Assembly (NCBI GenBank): GCA_030704615.1
Contig: CM060733.1
Span: 56,048,001-56,112,000 of the forward strand
DNA from: Takakia lepidozioides
Lineage: Eukaryota > Plantae > Bryophyta
Length of the DNA: 64,000 bases
Direction of reading: 5' to 3'
Each line of letters starts with the position of its first letter. Within the stretch, counting starts at the first letter, position 1. Under the pieces are notes generated by a model that worked only from the letters and a program-made list of their open reading frames with translations, made no database searches and was not told the origin of the DNA. The position numbers were made by a program, and so were the translations under genes. Below are positions 58,251-64,000 of this stretch, in pieces.

Positions 58251-58610
58251 TTCAATTGATCTCATATTACACTGGCACGTATCAGAGGGTACATTGAACA
58301 CACTGGCCAAGTTTCAAAGCCAACGAAAATCATTTGGATGGGCAACCATCCGTTGGCCCATTGAACGAATTTCGATTGATCTCATATTACTCTGGGGCCA
58401 CTTACATGGCACATTGAACATAGTGGCCAAGACTCAAAGCGAACCAAAATCATTTCGATGGCCAACCATCCGTTGAGCCACCGAATGAATTTTAATTGAT
58501 CTGATATTAGTCCGGGACCTGTGAGAGGGTGTCTCAAACGTACTGGCAAAGTTTGGAAGCAAACAAAAATGATTTGGATGGGCAACCATCGTTCACCCGT
58601 TGAATGTATT
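58251..58610. repeat. 120-bp tandem repeat, 3 units
   Basis: Units start at 58251, 58371 and 58491. Confidence 0.9.
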
Positions 58611-59270
58611 CCGTTGGATTTGCTATTGCTTTGGGACCTATTGGACGTTGTTTCGCGTGCTCACGATTTTTTTTTCATTCCGTTTTTGGATGGGGCGTGT
58701 AATGTAGCCATATGCAACGTGCGTGCCAAATTTGGGAGCAATCAAAATTCATTTGGACCCAAAACCACAGTTTTTCTTCCCTATTTTGCACTCCAAACTT
58801 GATTTGTGTTCCACTTCGTGCGCTCTTCATAGAGAGTTCTGCAAGAGTGAGCGAAGAGAACACTTTTTTTTTGGGGCATTTTTTATTGGTCCAAAATTTG
58901 GCGGGGGAGTAGCCGTGGGATGCTGGAAGCCGCAGAACAAAATTGAGCCAAAAACAAATTTGATACATGCCAGAAACCCCCAATGAAAGGCGGTGCAAAC
59001 CTATTTATTGGCTTAAAATAAATTTAAATTCAATTAAATTGTGGAATGGCTTGAGGGGGGAGCGCGTCGATGGGGAGGCAAATGGTTTATTCGTCTGTTG
59101 TGTCTCCGCACATGTGTCGCACACATGTTTAAGCACATGCGGACAAAAGAGGGGCTTCAACCACATCCGTTCAATGGGTGCAATAGCCGTGCACGCATTG
59201 CAGGATTTCTTTTTCGCATTGAACAAAAACCAGATGACAAGTGAATGCCTCATTGGACAATTGAACGAAT

Positions 59271-59625
59271 TTCGATTGATCTCGTATTACACTGGGACGT
59301 ATCAGAGGGTATATTGAACACACTGGCCAAGTTTCAAAGCCAACGAAAATCATTTGGATGGGCAACCATCCGTTGGCCCATTGAACGAATTTCGATTGAT
59401 CTCATATTACTTTGGGGCCTCTTACATGACACATTGAACATAGTGGCCAAGTCTCAAAGCGAACCAAAATCATTTCGATGGCCAACCATCCATGGAGCCA
59501 TCGAATGAATTTCGATTGATCTGATATTAGTCCGGACCTGATACATGGTATGTTGAACAGAGTGGCAAAGATTGAAAGCAAACGAAAATCATTTGGATGG
59601 GTAACCATTCAATCGCCCATTGAAT
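59271..59625. repeat. Second 120-bp trimer (copy of 58251-58610, offset 1020 bp)
   Basis: Units start at 59271, 59391 and 59511, with the same unit order. Confidence 0.9.
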
Positions 59626-59683
59626 GAATGGGGTTTCGTCTTCGATTATACTGGGACCTGTTACATTATATGCCCTTTGAAGC

Positions 59684-61257
59684 TCTTTTTGTAGTGTCTC
59701 CTGCCTCGTAATGCGGTGCTTCCCCACGTCCACTTTATTCAATATGTTGATATTCTCCACCTGGAACAGATCCACATATGTGTGCAGAAATCCTTAAAAA
59801 AACAAATGACCATCTCCACTTTTATAAGCCTCATCCCCAATTTCCAGTTTTGATGGTCATTTGGTTTTTTAAGTCTTTACATACGCATGTGTGGATATGT
59901 TCCAGATGGAAGATATTAACATTGGAAAAATAAGAGTTGGAGAAGCACCTCATTAAGAAGTAAGAGACATTACAGAAGACCTCAGCATGTTGAGCATCTG
60001 GATGAAGAACCTTGCCCATCGGCTTCAAAGTTCTAGCGCTTCTGAAATGATCACATGTTTGTTGGTGGAAGCAGATCTCGTAGGCCACATTGATTTCGTA
60101 CCCATCGAAGACTCCCGAAGGCCACATGGAACGGTTGATGTGATACATTTTCACAAATGCGATGTGATACATTTGTGAAATTGTATCATATCAACCGTTT
60201 AATGTGGCCAATGCACCTATTCCGCACCATGGCGGAAATGTTCGCCACTTGAAAGCACAAACACAAATAATCCGTGCAAACAATCTCAAGAATCATATGT
60301 ACTGCAAGGTGTTTCATACTGCCAATGTTCATGTAGCTAAATTATTTAGGAATCGTTTTGCTACTCCCATGCCAACAACATTAGGTCCACTGCGACTGCC
60401 ATATTCCGAATTCCGTATCAGCCACCACGGACATGAAACCAGGAACTTCGCACAAAATCTCCAATTCATTCAATTTATGGTGGGCCATGGCTGCAGCCTG
60501 CAAGCTAGCCGGGGTGGCTGATACGTCCGTTTGAACATGACAGTCTCAGAGGACGTTGACATGGGAATAGCAAAAAGAGTACTACAGAATTCAGCTAGAG
60601 GAATAACAATAGCATGAAACACCTTACCGTAAATATGATTGTTGACATTGGTTGTAACAGCTCTAATCAATAGAGAACTCGCACCATCAGTTGCGCTCCA
60701 GCAGCAGTACCGGTCCCCCGAGTAAATAAAGTTCCGTTGTAAATAATAAATTGCATACGCTTGAACCTCACAGATGTCATTTCAACAAAACCGGCCGTGT
60801 ATTGTGACACTGTTTGTAACTTCGAATGTTTCAATGTTTTTGTCAGGGTACTGAGAAAATGATCTATTGGCTCCATAGAAGTTAGACAACAAACGTTCCA
60901 TATCTCATTCAATTGTGCGACACTACCATGAGTGACATGGTAATAGGTGTACATGCGACCTCCGCACATTTAAGTAGACCATTCGCTGGACCTAGTATCA
61001 AACGTTCGGAGGTCGCATGTGCACTTATTACTTTCCCGATCCATGCCTCTCATGGTAGTATCGCACAGTTGAATGAGAGGAGACGTTTGTTGTCTAACTC
61101 CTACGGAACTAATACATCATTTTTTCATTACCCTATCCGAAACCTTGGAACATTACAAATATAAACACTGAGCCAGTACACAAACCATTTATGTTGCGGT
61201 GACAGGTGTCAGGGTCGAGCATATGCAATGTAGTATTTACAATGAGACTTTATTTAT
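59684..61257. other. Four adjacent imperfect inverted repeats (candidate hairpin-RNA cluster)
   Basis: Arm pairs: 59684-59814/59852-59979; 60120-60159/60170-60209; ~60267-60430/60509-60669; 60722-60977/60992-61257. Confidence 0.85.
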
Positions 61258-61339
61258 TACATGCACGATCAAAATTGAGTTATGTCTTCATAAAAGAACC
61301 ATTGTACCGTCAGAAATCTTATATCTACGAGACTATGGT

Positions 61340-62809
61340 CTACTCCGTCCTATATACGTCTTTCAGTTCAGGCCAATTGAATCGCTTGCCCATGAACCGA
61401 AGTACTACATGGGCTAATGTGACTCTCTCATTCTTGTTGTTGTCGTACAATCTTTGTAGCATTGAATGCCAACAACCTCCTGTAAATTGGTCCTAAAAAA
61501 TACTTTGATCATAATGAGCGCCGCCATTTATTCGTACCGCTATCTTCCCAACGGCAAAGGCCTCCGACGTCATGTCATGGGGGGGGGGGGGGGGGGGGGC
61601 GTGACATTTGTATTGAAAACCGATGCAATATCTTTTTCCACCCACCATCTTTTCGCGAGTTCCCGGTCCAGCTTGTCTTGGTTTTCAAACTGGTAGGCGA
61701 GGCTTTGCGTATGCCTAATGGGGTGGCTAAGCCCCAATCACATACCCCAATCTTGATCTCCTCGGTGCCATCTGGAAAATGCAACAAGATGTTGTCGGGG
61801 GACAAGTCGTTGTGCAGGACACCGTTCTTGTGGACAGCATCCATGATGCACACCAGTGCCCATGCAAGTTTACTACGCACTTTCCGGAAACGAAGCAAGC
61901 GATCACATTCCTGGAACTCTGTTTCCGTTCCCCTTTGTTCCAAAATCACCCTGTTGTTCGAATCGTTGCCCCATTTTCTGTCAAAGTTCATCATGTCGCG
62001 TATTGTCTCTCCATTCCACCAACGAGTGTAACCCTCTACCTCACGTGCATTCACAGCAAAATATGAGATAACACCCGGATGCTGGAACTTCACTGCCAAA
62101 CACACGTCGTTATGTTGTCTCAACGTTTTTTCTGGGTTTTTGGACTTAGGTTTTTTTCCCGCTAGCTCCCAACGCTCCGATATTCTAGAATCGCCAACAA
62201 TCCTATACTGACAGACCTTAGCATACCCTCCTTCTTTGTAAAGGCCAATCTCTACCACCTTCGCAGTAGAGTTCAGGTAATAAAAACCAGTTGTGCCTCC
62301 CCCGCCCGATGACTCCGTCTTCCAAGGGACAACCCTAATCTGGCAATGTGAATTCTGACTTGCCGAGCAAGCCCAATACTCAACACGTCGCATTAATTCT
62401 GCTTTGGCGGAGGGCACTTGACCCTCGGTTGTTCTACCCTTCCATGTCTTCATTAGCTGCCTCAAATTCCACGTGGTGTCTTTCGCCCTGCTTTGGATCC
62501 ACCGATTGAACTTCGGCTTGTCCCTGTCCGCCGTCCACTTAGCCCCTGCCAAATCGTTTGTCATTTTCCTCTCCATATTTTGCTGAAAAATCTGAAACCC
62601 CTCCCATCCATGCCTGACATAAGCACTTTCCACCCTCATCATGTCCCTATCCTTGAAATAATCCACTACCACTTTTTCATCTTATCCAAGGCATCCGGTC
62701 CCGGGTAGTCTGACTTGTTGACCTGACTATCCCGCTCGTGGGCACGTTTTCTCTTCCTCCACCCCCCAGACGACCCCGCCCCAAAACTTGAATTCACAAC
62801 CCCCGACAT
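61340..62809 (-). pseudogene. Intronless non-RD protein kinase-like pseudogene (at least 2 frameshifts and 1 internal stop)
   Basis: EGGYAKV, LAGK, HPGVI, HNDLSPDNILL and DWGLA. After a frameshift the frame reads RWWV..SEAFAVGKIA..D...ERVT, and upstream it joins MSGVVNSS (ATG 62809). Confidence 0.85.
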
Positions 62810-63107
62810 TGTATAAACATTGCCCACTACAGGGTCCAAAACCTCAGAAAACGGCAATGAACTTCGTAGTTTTCTGCAAAAAAAACATGTCATCGGAGAT
62901 CCAAAAACGGCAAAATGGTGATACAATGATTGAACCGTGAACAAGTGTGTGGGATTGACCAATAGACCGACAAAACCTCCCCCCCCAAATAATCACCATT
63001 GCACCTCCCGTTGGCAGTGCCAAGCAACGAAGTCCGAAAGGACTACATGATGCCAAGGAACCGCACCACGAGAGGAGCAAAAGTGATCAAAAAATGAGGG
63101 GGGATGG

Positions 63108-63330
63108 TTTATATAGGTGCCCACCCCCTCTCCCCCACAAAAAAAATAAAATGGCATTATGCTTGAAAAGGCGCGACAGGCCAGTGGCGCCTCGCCACGT
63201 GTCAGCGTGACGCGACTGGCCAGTCGCACCTCGCCACGCGCACCCACATGGGAGAGGTCAAGGGTTCAAAACCACCTCCCCCCATCCGATTTGTTTCGTT
63301 TTTCCTGACCCGTGGCACCTCGCCACGTGG
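63108..63330 (-). promoter_or_regulatory. Putative kinase promoter: TATA (CCTATATAAA) with upstream G-boxes
   Basis: TTTATATAGG at 63108-63117, and GCCACGTG near 63194 and 63323. Confidence 0.45.
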
Positions 63331-63419
63331 CTGGCCAGACGCCGCTTCATGATTAAAAAAATTAAAAACAAAACATCACACGGCGGGGTCCCTGGATTTC
63401 TAAGAAAAAAAAAAAACAC

Positions 63420-63975
63420 GCGACCGCCGCATGGCGGTCGCTATATTTATAAAAACAAGAAGAGCGACCGCCACATGGCGGTTTTGCTTTTAAAAAAATT
63501 AAATTAAATAAGCGACCGCCTACTGGCGGTCGCTTAATTCAAGATTCAAAATATAAATAACGACCGACCGCCGCTAAATGGCGGTCGCTTCATTTCAAAA
63601 AATATATTAAGTAAGCGACCGCCAACGGCAGTCGCTTAATTTAAGAATCAAAATAAAATCAAGCGACTGCCTCCAAATGGCGGTCGCTTCATTTAAAAAA
63701 AATATATTAAGTAAGCGACCGCCAACGGCGGTCGCTTAATTTAAAGAAAAAAAAAAAATCAAGCGACCGCCTCCAAATGGCGGTCGCTGTATTCTTTATT
63801 AACAAAAGTAGCGACGGCTGCCAAATGGCAGTCGCTGTATTTTTCAAAAATTAACTGAAGAAACGACCGCCGTTTAACGGCGGTCGCTTTTATTTAAGAA
63901 TAAAAATAAAAATAAGCTAAATGGCGGTCGCCAAATTTAAAATATATATATAGCGACCGCCACATGGCGGTCGCT
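63420..63975. repeat. Array of ~12 palindromic units GCGACCGCC-N-GGCGGTCGC with A/T spacers (~50-bp period), running to the window edge
   Basis: Directly visible. Confidence 0.92.
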
Positions 63976-64000
63976 GTATTTTTACAGATTATATCAAAGA

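Noticed and set aside
61437-61476. Fifth hairpin
   Set aside because: It is short and lies within the kinase C-terminal coding remnant, so it is plausibly chance.
56847-63975. Palindromic repeat-spacer arrays as CRISPR
   Set aside because: The context is eukaryotic, the spacers are low-complexity A/T tracts that resemble each other, and no cas genes are present.

Overview
Eukaryotic nuclear DNA from a non-seed land plant, probably a moss (inferred from the gene set and repeat families). It has GT-AG spliced genes interleaved with many TE remnants. Host genes from left to right: the 3' end of a CBP/p300 (HAC1-like) acetyltransferase, an NPH3/RPT2-like BTB protein, a small predicted plastid membrane protein, a 10-exon divergent zinc alcohol dehydrogenase, two tandem intronless plastid J-proteins ending in WETDQCW, an intronless NIF/FCP1-like HAD phosphatase, and a 5-exon gene fusing a canonical EF-hand to a TMEM65 domain. 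Mobile DNA includes hAT MITEs with 8-bp TSDs, a Harbinger MITE, tRNA-derived SINE remnants, decayed LINEs, a CRE-like RLE retrotransposon, an LTR beside a gypsy RT fragment and a Sola-like DDE transposase. The last ~8 kb holds an unusual composite region: palindromic repeat arrays, a duplicated 120-bp trimer, a decayed non-RD kinase, and four back-to-back, mutually unrelated long hairpins directly downstream of the kinase. The strongest leads are this hairpin array plus kinase element and the EF-hand/TMEM65 gene. All calls come from manual reading; no searches were run.
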